Shown here one piece after another: positions 23,255-35,916 of a stretch of DNA of 64,000 nt. Position 1 is the stretch's first letter. The number at the start of each line of letters is the position of its first letter. Source of the DNA: Isurus oxyrinchus (Eukaryota). A program made the position numbers and the translations under genes. Below the pieces are notes generated by a model. That model was not told the DNA's origin. It worked only from the letters and a program-made list of their open reading frames with translations, and searched no databases. The stretch is taken from the NCBI GenBank assembly GCA_026770705.1, contig JANJGN010000189.1:558001-622000 (forward strand), written 5' to 3'.

Positions 23255-24284
23255 GTAAGTGCTGTGTTATAATTACTCAACAATTCACATTCAACACTCA
23301 GTGGGAAATAACACAAACTGTGACGTTTACATATTAACACAAAACACAGCTTATTATAACACACTGTCTGATTCTCAATAACCTGGTGATAGCTTCCAGT
23401 TCAGTCCTAAAGCAACCTCTAATACTCACTTTAATATCAATGATTAAATGTATTGACTGTGTCCATCAATGTTATCAGGTTATCCACTCACATAGAACTC
23501 TCTAATCCCTATTTAAAAGTCTGGCAAATTGACAAAGTAAAGACTTGCATTTCTATAGCACCTTTCACCATGTACCAAATCACTTCACAGACAATGAAGA
23601 AATTCTTGAAGTATAGTCACTGTCTAACGTGGCAGTGAGTTTGTTCACAGGAAGCTCCCACAGAGAGCAATGGGATCAGTGACCCAGATCTCTGAGAGAA
23701 TGATGAGCCAGGGTTCCATGAGCTGTGGACTGCTCCATCACCCACACCCCAGTGTTGGCAATTCAAGGGTCTGGGAGTGAAAGTGTATTCAGCTCAGTGA
23801 CACATTCCCCACCAAGTTTGAAAATAGGAAAGTTGCTGCTGATTGTTGTTACCTCTCAGTTCCCATCTCATCCTTGGAAACCTGCTTTCAAAATACAAAA
23901 GCAAGTCTCACATTTCCATAGCGCCTTTCACCACCTCAGGACGATCCTAAACTGATTCACAGCCAATGAAGTGAAACTGTGACGTTTACATATTAACACA
24001 AAACACAGCTTATTATAACACAATGTCTGATTCTCAATAACCTGGTGATAGCTTCCAGTTCAGTCCTAAAGCAACATTTAAAACTCACTTTAATATCAAT
24101 GATTAAATGTATTCCACTCCCATCGATCTCTCGAATCGTGTCTAACAGTCTATCAGGATCGTTAAAACATCTCAGTTCTGATATCATCCTTGTAAAAGTG
24201 CTTTCTCTTGTGGGACTGTGGTTTCTATTTGAACTGATGCTTCACGTTATATTTCTCTAAAAGGATCCATTCTCTGTCTGTTAG

Positions 24285-24581
24285 ATTTCACAGATAAACC
24301 CACGATATTCCCTGCTGAAATTAATGCAGGAGAGCGTGTGGATGTAAGCTGCACCTTCAACATAACGTGCAGTGGAACAGCAGCACCTGTCTTATCCTGG
24401 GACATTCCCACTGACGTACCTGGATCAGTCTCAAACACTGTAACTCATCATGGTGTCACTCTGACCTATACTTCTGTTCTGACCCTGATCCCATCACTCA
24501 AACACCACAGACACAATCTCAGCTGCAGAGTGAGATATCCATCTGTTTCATCGGAGCGGACCCTCGTACTAACTGTGCAAG
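24285..24581 (+). CDS. Siglec-like gene B, C2-set domain 2 exon
   Basis: 297 nt, phase 1/1; DKPTI..VSCTFNITCSGTAAPVLSW...SVLTLIPSLKHH..LSCRV with the extra Cys typical of Siglec domain 2. Confidence 0.95.
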
Positions 24582-24704
24582 GTAAGAACAGACACCCTTC
24601 CATCTACATTAGCTAGAATGCTCTACATAGTACACTGCAAGATCCCACAACTGCATTGTGTTTAGCAACAAATCAATAGTCTTTAACTGATACAAATCCG
24701 CCTC

Positions 24705-25295
24705 TGACACTGCAGCAGTCCTTGAATACTGACTCTCCAACACTGCAGCACTCCCTCAGTACTGACCCTTTGACAGTGCAGCACTCCCTCAGTACTGACC
24801 CTTCAACAGTGCAGTGCTCCCTCAGTACTGACCCTCTGACAGTGCAGCACTCCCTCTGTACTGACCCTCTAACAGTGCAGCACTCCCTCAGTACTGACCC
24901 TTCGACAGTGCAGCACTCCCTCAGTACTGACCCTTCAACAGTGCAGTGCTCCCTCAGTACTGACCCTCCCACAGTTCAGCACCCCCTCAGTAATGACTCT
25001 TCGACAGTGCAGCACCCACTCAGTACTGACCTTCTGAGAGTGCAGCACATCCTCATTTCTGACCCTCCGACAGTGCAGCAACCCCTCTGTACTGACCATC
25101 AGACAGTGCAGCAGTCCCTATGTACTGAACCTCTGACAGTGCAGCACTCCCTCAGTACTGACTCTCTGACAGTGCAGCACTCCCTCAGTACTTACCCACC
25201 GACAGTACAGCACTCCCTCAGTACTGACCCTCTGACAGTGCAGCACTCCCTCAGTACTGACCCTCCCACAGTGCAGCACACCCTCAGTACTGAAC
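24705..25295. repeat. 33-bp SINE-derived minisatellite
   Basis: cagtgcagcactccctcagtactgaccctctga units. Confidence 0.95.
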
Positions 25296-25425
25296 TGAGG
25301 TGTCTGGCTGGATTATGGGCTTTGTGGTGAAAGAACCTATATTGATATCAAACCTTTCACATTCTCAGTGTCTTTCAAAGTGCTTCACAGTCAGTGTAAC
25401 TTAATTGATGTTTATTTGTTTTTAG

Positions 25426-25707
25426 ATGGACCACAGAATCTCTCAATTACTTCTCTTGATGTGATTAACGCTTCATCGATCAATATAATTGAGGGGAATT
25501 CTGCAGTGATAATCTGCTCTGTCGAGAGCTTCCCAGCTTCTAACCTGACGTGGCGACATCTTAATGTCCCAATGAACAGAACAAGTTCCAACAATGAGCT
25601 GTGGTTGGTGATTCCTCACGTTACATCCAGGGATACTGGAGAATATCTGTGTGTGGCAGAGAATGAACATGGAGCAGTGGAGGGATTCATAACCATCACT
25701 GTGGAAT
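25426..25707 (+). CDS. Siglec-like gene B, Ig C2/I-set domain 3 exon
   Basis: 282 nt, phase 1/1; EGNSAVIICSVESFPASNLTW...DTGEYLCVAENEHG. Confidence 0.95.
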
Positions 25708-25715
25708 GTGAGTTA

Positions 25716-25902
25716 NNNNNNNNNNNNNNNNNNNNNNNNNNNNNNNNNNNNNNNNNNNNNNNNNNNNNNNNNNNNNNNNNNNNNNNNNNNNNNNNNNNNN
25801 NNNNNNNNNNNNNNNNNNNNNNNNNNNNNNNNNNNNNNNNNNNNNNNNNNNNNNNNNNNNNNNNNNNNNNNNNNNNNNNNNNNNNNNNNNNNNNNNNNNN
25901 NN
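25716..25902. other. Assembly gap (Ns)
   Basis: Run of N in an intron. Confidence 1.
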
Positions 25903-26813
25903 GCACACAAACAAGCATTCATGTGCAATCCCACATGTGCACAGGTGTGTACACCTGCATGCACACACACAGAAGGAAACATACACAGAATCACACGTGT
26001 GCTTGCTCACACACACACAGACATGTGTGAGTTGTCTGTTCTCCCTGTGCTGCACTGGAGTGTTGCTCCAGATTCTGCTCTGAAACACTGATGACATCAG
26101 CTGAACAAGACCCTGTATTGGACGAGCAGCCCCCTGCACAGAGAATTGTAGGTTTATCACTCAATACCCCATTATTCTAAAGCAATTCCTCCACTGTCAA
26201 ATCCCTGTGAACATCCTGATGATGTGAAAGACACTTTCTTTTCTCCTAGCCCGACAGTGTCTCCTCTGGTGGAAGGCTGTAATTACAGCGTGACAGTTTA
26301 CATATCCACACGCAGCAAGAGCTGAGCAACACTCAGCTTGGGCTGAGAAATGACAAGTAACGTTCACACCACACAAGCACCAGGCAGTGATCATCTCCAA
26401 CAAGAGAGAATCTAACCATCTCCCCTTGATATTCAATCACTTTACCATCGCTGAATCCCCCACAATCAACATCCTGGGGGATGTTAACCAAACAACTAAC
26501 TGGACCGGCCATAAATACTGTGGCTACAGGAGCCGGTCAGAGGCTGGGAATTCTGTGGGGGTGAAAAACTCACCACCACCTCCTCAAGGGCAATTAGGGA
26601 TGGGTAATAAATGCTGGTCTAGATAGATACAGCCACTTCCCATGAATGTACAAAAAGAAAAACACCGGCAGTGACCATTATAAAAGTTGACATAGGAACT
26701 TAAAACAGGACAGAAACCTTGAAATGCACATAGGCACCAAATAGAGGGAGATGTATCATGGAGTCTTGCTGTGCACTGTGTTTGCTCACAATGAAACCTT
26801 TATTTGTATTTAG

Positions 26814-27095
26814 ATGCACCACGGAACCTATCAATTACTTCTCTTGGTGTGATTAACGCTTTATCGATCAATATAATTGAGGGGAATTCTGCAGTGATAA
26901 TCTGCTCTGTCGAGAGCTTCCCAGCTTCTAACCTGACGTGGCGACATCTTAATGTCCCAATGAACAGAACAAGTTCCAACAATGAGCTGTGGTTGGTGAT
27001 TCCTCACGTTACATCCAGGGACACTGGAGACTATCAGTGTGTGGCAGAGAATGAACATGGAGCAGTGGAGGGGTTCATAACCATCACTGTGGAAC
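26814..27095 (+). CDS. Siglec-like gene B, Ig domain 4 exon (near-identical to domain 3)
   Basis: 282 nt, phase 1/1; YAPRNL...DTGDYQCVAENEHG. Confidence 0.95.
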
Positions 27096-27129
27096 GTGAG
27101 TTACACAGAATTGAACATTCTGTTTTTAT

Positions 27130-28170
27130 TAGCTCATGGGATATGGGCATTGTTGACAAGGCCAGAAATTATTGCCCATCTGTAACTGCCCCTTGAGAAG
27201 GTGGTGGTGAGCTGCCTTCTTTAACTACTGCAGTCCATGTGGTGTAGGTACACCCACTGTGCTGTTAGGGAGGGAGTTCCATGATTTTGTCCCAGCGACG
27301 GTGAAGGTACGGCCGATATATTTCCAAATCTCATGGAAGACCAACACCACAAGTTCGCCTCCAAGTCACACACCACACTGACTTGGAACTGTCTTGGTGG
27401 AAGAGGTTAAGGGTTTGGAAGGTGCTGTCGAAGGAGCCTTGGTGAGTTGCTGCAGCACATTTTGTAGATGGTGCACACTGCGGCCATTGTGTGCCAGTGG
27501 TGGAGGGTATGAATGTTTATGCTGGTGGATGGGCTGTCGATCAAACAAGCTGCTCCTGGATGGTGTCGAGCTTCTTGAGTGTTGTTGGAGCTGCACTTAT
27601 TCAGGCAATTGGAGATTATTCCATCACACTCCTGACTTGTGCCTTGTCCGATGGTGGACAGGCTTTGGGGGGTCAGGAGTTGAATTACTCACCGCAGAGT
27701 TCCCAGCCTCTTACCCGCTCTTGTAGCCACATTATTTCCTGTTGCCGGGTTGTTGCCAGGGCCAATAGCCTTTGCTGTATCCAGTATCATCAGCTGATTC
27801 CTGATGTCACGTGGAGTCAATTGAATTGTCTGAAAGCTGACATCTGTGATGCTGGGACCCTCTGGAGGAGGCCGAGATGGAGCATCCACTCAGCACTTCT
27901 GGCTGAACGTGGTTGCCAATGCTTCAGCCTTGTCGTTTGCACTGATGTGCTGAGCTCCCCCATCGTTAAGGATGGGGATATTTGTGGAACATCCTCCTCC
28001 TGTTAGATCTTTAATTGTCCATCACCATTCATGACTGGATGTGGCAGGACTGCAGAGCTTAGATCTGACCCGTTGGTTGTGGGATCGCTTTGCTCTGTCT
28101 ATAGCATGTTGTTTCCGCTGTTTGGTGTGTATGTATTCCTGTGTGTCACCTCAGCAGCTTGGCACCTCTG
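27130..28170 (-). mobile_element. CR1/L2-group LINE fragments with internal deletions
   Basis: Same family as 12255-12695 and 55840-56930 (PSITDVSFQTIQLTPRDI...LDTAKA). Confidence 0.8.
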
Positions 28171-28360
28171 TTATATGTGAATCCTCCTTATAGAAACCTG
28201 CATGTACATGGATATTATCAATAAATATTACATAGATATATGTTATTTGTATAGACCTTTCATGCATAGACAATATCACTTCACAAGTTCAGAATTACTA
28301 CATGTACATAGGGAACCATTCTCAAACTGTACCGGAGTCATTCATTGGCTGATTTTACAG

Positions 28361-28457
28361 GGCGAGATTCCAATGAATGGAAAGCAGGATTGCTTGGAGC
28401 TGGAATCTGTTTGAGTGTTGGACTGAGTGGATTCTTCATCTTCAAGTGTGTGAGAAA
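28361..28457 (+). CDS. Siglec-like gene B, transmembrane exon (RRDSNEWKAGLLGAGICLSVGLSGFFIFKCVRK)
   Basis: Acceptor ttttacag, phase 1 in, phase-2 donor GTAAGT at 28458; uncharged hydrophobic core then basic stop-transfer residues. Confidence 0.85.
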
Positions 28458-29169
28458 GTAAGTGTGAAGGTTTAATTGGTTGATTTCAAACATTTTTTCT
28501 TCAACCTTCTCTCCTTATAGAAAGAACTTGCATTTCTATAGCACCTTTTACAATCCAAAACCCTTCACAGCCCCTGAAGAGTTTTGATGTTCACCAACTG
28601 TTTAACATCTCATCCACCTTTCACTGTTTCACAACTCAGTCCTGTAACTGGCAGTGTTGACCTGGACCATAAGATACCTTGTGACCTCCTGAGGATGTGA
28701 AAGGTGCTATATAAATGAAAACCTTTCTTTTGTTAGTGAATGCAATCTCTTTCCTTTTTCCATGTTTCATTCACTCTCTCTTATCTCCACTAATGCTCTC
28801 CTTCTCATTTTCTCTCTCATTCACTCTCTCTCTTATCTCCACTAATGCTCTCCTTCTCATTCTCTCTCTCATTCACTCTCTCTCCTATCTCCATTAATGC
28901 TCTCCTTCTCATTCTCTCTCTCATCCTCTTACACAATGTTCAGTATCTCACATTTTTAAGGAGCGCTGAGCAACATCTGCTCCTTCAGAAGATCCACCTC
29001 AACATCTGGACTGAGCAGTGAATTGAAAGTCGCTCACCAACTGCTCAGCTTTACACAGGAATCACGTCACAGAGTCAGGACACAAAGGGTTAACAGTTTG
29101 CTTACAACACAACACTCAGGCCCTACGTTTCAGTGAAACGGTTTTCACAATTGTTCCCCAATTCCTGAT

Positions 29170-29465
29170 TTGACTCACAGAGACACATCCACCCTTTCTC
29201 ATTAAATACACAGAGGGAGCAGCACAGGAAGAGGTCATTCAGCCCAAGCAGAGCGTGTGGGCAGTTCCTCCCCAGGCGAGCAGTCGGACAGGTACTGGGT
29301 AAGTAACGGAACGATTGGAATTCACTTCCACCACCAACACCGTCCTTTGTTGATGTTGTGACTTTATAAAGACAGATTGCAATGATTGATGCCTTTGAAA
29401 GATTTCTACTGATTATTGAGATCTGGGTGTGAGGCTCAAGTCTGTTGTACAGAACATCTTTCTGG
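29170..29465 (+). promoter_or_regulatory. Third copy of the promoter/exon-1 block, inside gene B's post-TM intron
   Basis: Near-identical to 18775-19068 and 35340-35630; donor GTAAGT at 29299; similarity ends at a CR1 fragment. Confidence 0.75.
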
Positions 29466-29740
29466 TTAAATTATGCAGACAGGTTACACACAGTCTACGA
29501 TTATTTTCCCTCGGGTCTAGAAGATTAAGGAGTGATCTAATTGAGGGGTTCAAACTGATTAAACACTCGATAGGGTCGATAGAGAGAAGCTATTCCCTCG
29601 GGTGGGGGTGGGTGGTGGGGGTCGGGTGGAGTCCAGAACAAGGGGGCTGGAACTTCAGATTGGAGCCAGGCCGTTCAGGGGTGATGTCAGGAAGCACTTC
29701 TTCACACAAAGGGGAGTGGAAATCTGGAACTCTCTCCCCA
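29465..29740 (+). mobile_element. CR1 3' fragment
   Basis: LFSL..RRLRSDLIE.FK and RKHFFTQRGVEIWNSLP. Confidence 0.8.
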
Positions 29741-29809
29741 ATAATCAAACCCAACACCGAATACACATCATGTTGATTGTCACTTTGTCCATTTCCATCT
29801 CTATTACAG

Positions 29810-29914
29810 AAGAGAGGCGAGGGGAAAGCAGGAATCAAATCGAGCCACCGTGTTGATGAATATCGAGGTCCTGTTTATGAAAACTGTGAGCGTGGTTGGG
29901 CTTTGAGGAATCAG
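29810..29914 (+). CDS. Siglec-like gene B, cytoplasmic exon (KRGEGKAGIKSSHRVDEYRGPVYENCERGWALRNQ)
   Basis: Acceptor ctattacag, 105 nt, phase 0/0, donor GTGAGT; homologous to the terminal exon at 31556. Confidence 0.75.
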
Positions 29915-30046
29915 GTGAGTCACACACCACAGGATCCCCAGCCTCTCAGCTGCTCCAGTAGCCTGGTTATTGATATGGCTGCTCCAGTCCTGTATCTGCA
30001 ATTTTTTATACAGTCACTCCCAAACCCAACCAAACTCACACCCAAC

Positions 30047-31455
30047 ACCATTCAGAATCAATAATCAAACCCCGTTCAGTATCAATAATCACACCCCGTT
30101 CAGAATCAATAATCAAACCCCGTTCAGTATCAATAATCAAACCCCGTTCAGTATCAATAATCAAACCCCGTTCATAATCAATAATCACACCCCGTTCAGT
30201 ATCAATAATCAAACCCCGTTCAGAATCAATAATCAAACCCCGTTCAGTATCAATAATCAAACCCCATTCAGAATCAATAATCAAACCCCATTCAGAATCA
30301 ATAATCAAACCCCGTTCAGTATCAATAATCAAACCCCGTTCAGTATCAATAATCAAACCCCGTTCAGAATCAATAATCAAACCCCGTTCAGTATCATTAA
30401 TCAAACACCATTCAGTATCAATAATCAAATTCCGTTCAGTATCAATAATCAAACCCCGTTCAGTATCAATACTCAAACCCCGTTCAGAATCAATAATCAA
30501 ACCCCGTTCAGAATCAATAATCAAACCCCGTTCAGTATCAATAATCAAAGCCCGCTCAGAATCAATAATCAAACATCATTCAGTATCAATAATCAAACCC
30601 CATTCAGAATTAATAATCAAACCCCGTTCAGTATCAAAAATCAACCCCCTTTCAGAATCAATAATCAAACACTGTTCAGAATTAATAATCAAACTCCGTT
30701 CAGGTTCAATAATCAAACACTGTTCAGAATCAATAATCAAACACTGTTCAGTATCAATAATCAAACTCCATTCAGATTCAATAATCAAACACCGTTTAGA
30801 ATCAATAATCAAACCCCGTTCAGTATCAATAATCAACCCCAGTTCAGAATCAATAATCAAACTCCATTCAGGTTCAATAATCAAACAACGTTTAGAATCA
30901 ATAATCAAACACCATTTAGAATCAATAATCAAACCCCGTTCAATGTCAATAATCAAACCCCGTTCAGTATCAATAATCAAACGCCGTTCAGAATCAATAA
31001 TCAAACCCCGTTCAGTATCAATAATCAAACGCCGTTCAGAATCAATAATCAAACCCCGTTCAGTATCAATAATCAAACCCCTTTCTGAATCAATAATCAA
31101 ACCCCGTTCAGAATCAATAATCAAACCCCATTCAGAATCCATAATCAAACCCCTTTCAGAATCCATAATCAAACCCCGTTCAGGGTCAATAATCAAACCC
31201 CGTTCAGAATCCATAATCAAACCCCTTTCAGAATCCATAATCAAACCCCGTTCAGGATCAATAATCAAACCCCGTTCAGAATCCATAATCAAACCCCTTT
31301 CAGAATCAATAATCAAACCCCTTTCAGAATCAATAATCAAACCCCGTACAGTATCAATAATCAAACCCCGTTCAGTATCAATAATCACACCCCGTTCAGT
31401 ATCAATAATCAAACCCCGTTCAGAATCAATAATCAAACCCTGTTCAGTATCAATA
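30047..31455. repeat. 24-bp minisatellite, about 58 copies
   Basis: ttcagwatcaataatcaaaccccg repeated; source of the spurious INNQTPF ORFs. Confidence 0.98.
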
Positions 31456-31555
31456 ATTAATGTATCTATTGTGGGTGGAATTTGTGATTTGGATCAATAA
31501 TACTAAACACTGATCACTCTGATTGTCACTCTGATCATTTCTGTTTCTATTACAG

Positions 31556-31672
31556 AAGAAAGATGAGAAGGATCTGGAAATGAAATCTAACCGCGGAGTC
31601 AATCCTGATACAGATGATGATCTTTACGCAAACTGTGATTTTGCTGAGGATTCTGTTTATGGGAATTTATAA
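31556..31672 (+). CDS. Siglec-like gene B, terminal cytoplasmic exon (KKDEKDLEMKSNRGVNPDTDDDLYANCDFAEDSVYGNL-stop)
   Basis: Acceptor ctattacag, phase 0, two Tyr motifs, TAA 31670-31672; AATAAA at 32443 and about 32611. Confidence 0.8.
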   Translation, partial: KKDEKDLEMKSNRGVNPDTDDDLYANCDFAEDSVYGNL

Positions 31673-33509
31673 ACTGAGCAAGAATGAGACACACACAGTG
31701 TGGGGAGAATACAGAACGGGAGAATCATTCAAAACTCCAATTTACCTTCCTAATATCCACAGGAACTCACTCACAGGAAATAGATTTAAACCTCTTGTTA
31801 CAATCTGATGGAATTTCTTCGGAATGATCTATCCAGGATGATTGTCTGTGGGTTTCAATTCGAACATCCTCCTTCAGAATTGTCCCTCACTGTTGGAAAC
31901 ATCCTTCTCTCCATTCTGATTGTAAATGTCTTTAGATATCGTTCGATGATGTACCAGGACAGAACGGACAAATTCAATCCCGTGTCCGTGATTATGAGTT
32001 AATTTTCATTCTGTTATTCACCTTGCTGTCTGTCAGTGTTTAGAATATTCATCAGCCAGTGTAGACTTCAGGAAATGCAGCATCGGTGGATAATTGGAGC
32101 AGAGGAGATTGTTAAAATTTACTCACCATTTTGTAGTCAAATGTATTTTCAGAAATATATTTGGATTTAACACTTCATCGTTAAACAGCGAAACGAACAA
32201 CAATCTGGGAAACAGGGAAACAATTTGATTGGAGATTTGAGAAATTCTCTGCAGCTTAGAGGATAACATGTGCTACAGTGCCAGCAATGATGGGAGTTCA
32301 TCAGTACAACGTGACATGTTTACATTGATATAGCCAATGAACAACTGGAAATTATGATGTGAAAAATTGGTTGCAGGTTTATCTTCTTCAATATGTCATG
32401 GATGGATGAGACAGCTTTGATAACAGAATGAGATACAGCTGCAATAAACCACAATTTTAGTCTTTCACACTTGGAGAGTACAATTAGCATCCATCCTGAA
32501 GGCTGAGTGGATGGGTGGACTGTGCGATGTGTTACAGATTACAGAGACCAACATCCTTGATCCTGGTTCCGCTCTGTGTTTGATGAGATGCTTGGATCAA
32601 AGATTGGGAAAATAAATAATCCTCCTGCATTGATCTGTATCTGGTCTCTCCATCTGTCAATGTCCTGAGGACAGAATTGGGTTCCATGTCCAAAATCAGA
32701 CACATGCATTAGTTTAGTTGTGACCTAACCAGAGCTTTATAAATGTTCAGCATATCCTCCCTGTGTTTGTTCTCAATCCCACAATTTATGAAAAGCTAAT
32801 TCTTTCCATCAGCACAAACAACAATTTCCAAGCGGACTCCCATCAGCAGACAGAGTGCAATGAAACATCGGCATGCCTGCTTCTTAATGTACGGAGAGAA
32901 ACCTGGAACGAGAGATTCTCCTTCTTCTCCTCAGCAAGCTGAAACTTTTCCTTATACCTGGTGCTCCCCAGTCCTGCTATGTGGACACATCATAACCACG
33001 GCATTGTCTGGCTGTGTGCAGCCAACATGGTCAAATAGGAATGAACAGAAATGTGACGTTGCTAAACTCTGTTCTCTGATTGGAATGTGCTTTCTGAATG
33101 CTGCACCTTTTTCATGCTGCGATAGATTGTAAGAAGCATTTGGGTTATGAATAAAATTACATTGATTAACACAAGTGATTAAAATGCTCAGCCTTTTCTG
33201 TAGATATTTATAGATTAAAATTCTTAGTTTGAAGCCAAATTTTTGGCTCAAAGACATTACTTCATGTTGTCACATTTTCTCTATCATACGAATTCCTGTG
33301 CCCGTCTTTATAATAGAAATATCCGATGTAAACATGTCACATTGTAGTTTCACACTCCTGTCAGTGGTGGTGCCATTCCAAAGCTGTCTTGCTGCACCGA
33401 CACAGTGAGAAATATTCTCGACGTGTACATGATGTTGTTGTTACACAGACATCAGGCGGAACCTTGGGCAGTGCCTAGAATGCACTTAGAACAGTGCAGA
33501 CCACACTCA

Positions 33510-35100
33510 GAACTGACAGTGCAGCGTTTCCTCAGTGCTGACCCTCCGTCAGTGCAGCGCTCCCTCATTACTGTCCCTCTGACAGTGCTGCACTACCTCA
33601 TTATTGACCCTTTTCAAGTGCAGCACCCGGTCAGCACTGACCTTCTGACAGTGCAGCACTCCCTCATGGCTGACAATCTGACAGTGCAGCACTCCCTCAG
33701 TACTCACCCACCCACAGTGCAGCATTCCCTCAGTACTGACCCTCTGACACTGTATCCCTCCCTCACTACTGACCTTCCGACAGTTCAGCACTCCCTCAGT
33801 ACTGACACTCCCACAGTGCAGCTCTCCCTCAATTCTCACCCTCCCACAGTGCAGCCCTCCCTCTGTACTCCCCCTCCCACAGTGCTGTGCGAGTTGTTTC
33901 AATCAAGACTGATGCCCAAAGAGAGAGGTTTCATTGCTAAATCATTGAAATCCGTGAAAATTATTTTTAGGCTTACGGGAACAAGACTTAGTTCCTCAAA
34001 TCCTTTCTTTTGCAATAACACACAGTACAAGAATCTCTGTTTCAATAAATTCCAGGTAAACTTTGCCATGAAAGGATATCTCCTCACGCTCCGCTCTACC
34101 TCAGTACTAACCCTCCCACAGTCCGGCACCCCCTCAATACTGACCCTCCAACTGTGCGGAACTCACTCAGTACAGACCCTCCGACAGTGCAGCCCTCCCA
34201 CATTAGTGACCCTCTGACAGTGCAGCACTCCCTCATTACTGACCATCTGACAGTGCAGACCTCCCACATTACTGACCCTCTGACAGTGCAGACCTCCCAC
34301 ATTACTGACCCTCTGACAGTGCAGCCCTCACACATTACTGACCCTCTGACAGTGCAGCACTCCCTCATTACTGACCCTCTGACAGTGCAGCACTCCCTCA
34401 GTACTCACACTCCCACAGTGCAGCAACCCCTCAGTACTCACCCTCCCACAGTGCAGCACTCCCTCAGTACTCACCCTCCCACAGTGCAGCACTCCCTCAG
34501 TACTCACCCTCCCACAGTGCAGCACTCCCTCAGTACTCACCCTCCCACAGTGCAGCACTCCCTCAGTACTCACTCTCCCACTGTGCTGTGTGAGTTGTTT
34601 CAATCAAGACTGGTGCCCAAAGAGGCAGGTTTCAATGCTAACTCATTGAAATCAGTGAAAATTATTTTTAGGCTTACGGGAACAAGACATAGTTCCTCAA
34701 ATCCTTTCTTTTGCAATAACACACAGTACAAGAATTGTGTTTAAATAAATTCCAGTTAAACTTTGCCATGAAAGGATATCTCCTCACACTCCACTCTACC
34801 TCAGTACTAACCCTCCCACAGTCCGGCACCCCCTCAATACTGACCCTCCAACTGTGCGGTACTCACTCAGTACAGACCCACCGACAGTTCAGCACTCCCA
34901 CATTGCTGACCCGGTGACAGTGCAGCACTCCCTCAGTACTGACCCTGTGACAGTGCAGCCCTCCCACATTACTTACCCTCTGATAGTGCAGCACTCCCAC
35001 ATTACTGACCCTCTGATGTTGCAGCACTCCCACATTACTGACCCTCTGATAGTGCAGCACTCCCACAGTAAAGTCCCGCTGACAGTGCAGCACTCCCTCC
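33510..35100. repeat. 33-bp minisatellite containing a duplicated unique block (about 33883-34190 and 34584-34890)
   Basis: Two copies of gctgtgygagttgtttcaatcaagactg...cagtacagacc embedded in the array. Confidence 0.9.
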
Positions 35101-35325
35101 GTAATGATAACAAGGATCGTTGAAATGTATCATAAGGCCAGAGACCTGTATTGGGAACTCTATCGCCTGAGTTTCAGCCTCTGAGATGAGGGGGAGGAGT
35201 CTAATCCCATGGAGCCAATGGAGAAGCTTCATGACTACAGCTGCCCAAATATGAGCTGACAGATCATCACATGGTAAACGTTTTGCTGAGAGCACAAAAC
35301 ATCCTCGATCTTCTCACTGGTTACC

Positions 35326-35466
35326 CACTTCCTCATTTTGTCTCACAGTGACACATCCACCCTTTCTAATTAAACACACAGACGGAGCAGCACAGGAAGA
35401 GGTCATTCATCCCAAGCAGAGCGTGTGGGCAGTTCCTCCCCAGGCGAGCAGTCGGACAGGTCCTGG
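35326..35466 (+). promoter_or_regulatory. Putative promoter and non-coding exon 1 of Siglec-like gene C
   Basis: PU.1/ETS box (reverse complement AAAATGAGGAAGTG, 35326-35339); donor GTAAGT at 35467. Confidence 0.6.
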
Positions 35467-35916
35467 GTAAGTAACGGAACGATTGGAATTCACTTCCACC
35501 ACCAACACCGTCCTTTGTTGATGTTGTGACTTTTTTAAGACAGATTCCAATGATTGATGCATTTGAAAGATTTCTACTGATTATTGAGATCAGGGTGTGA
35601 GACTCAAGTCTGTTGTACAGAACATCTTTCTAGCTCAAGGGATGAGGGAAGTGCAGAGACATGAGCTTTGGGACGTCTTGAGGTGGTGAAAGGTGCTATA
35701 GAAATGCAAATCCTTTAATGTTTTTCATTCTTAAAGCCTTGTAACTCTCTGCAGAGCACCTATCATCCCACAGAGAATCAAATTAGTCTGTAAAGACATT
35801 GTCCAAAAACAGTTCTGATCTCTTGAGAGCTGTCGGACAAGAGGTGAGGTCTCATTAACTCCTTTCTCTTTCAGAGTTTGAGAGTCAGAAGCTTATGAAG
35901 TATCTGGGAGTGGACA

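Noticed and set aside
24673-25330. TVQHSLSTDP / RECCTVRGSVL repeat ORFs here and elsewhere
   Set aside because: Translations of the 33-bp SINE-derived minisatellite
29970-31500. Long ORFs of 178-372 aa (INNQTPF, IIDSERGL)
   Set aside because: Artefacts of a stop-poor 24-bp minisatellite inside an intron
22889-31672. Assigning the symbol MAG, CD22 or CD33
   Set aside because: Domain count and tail do not match one-to-one; orthology needs a phylogeny
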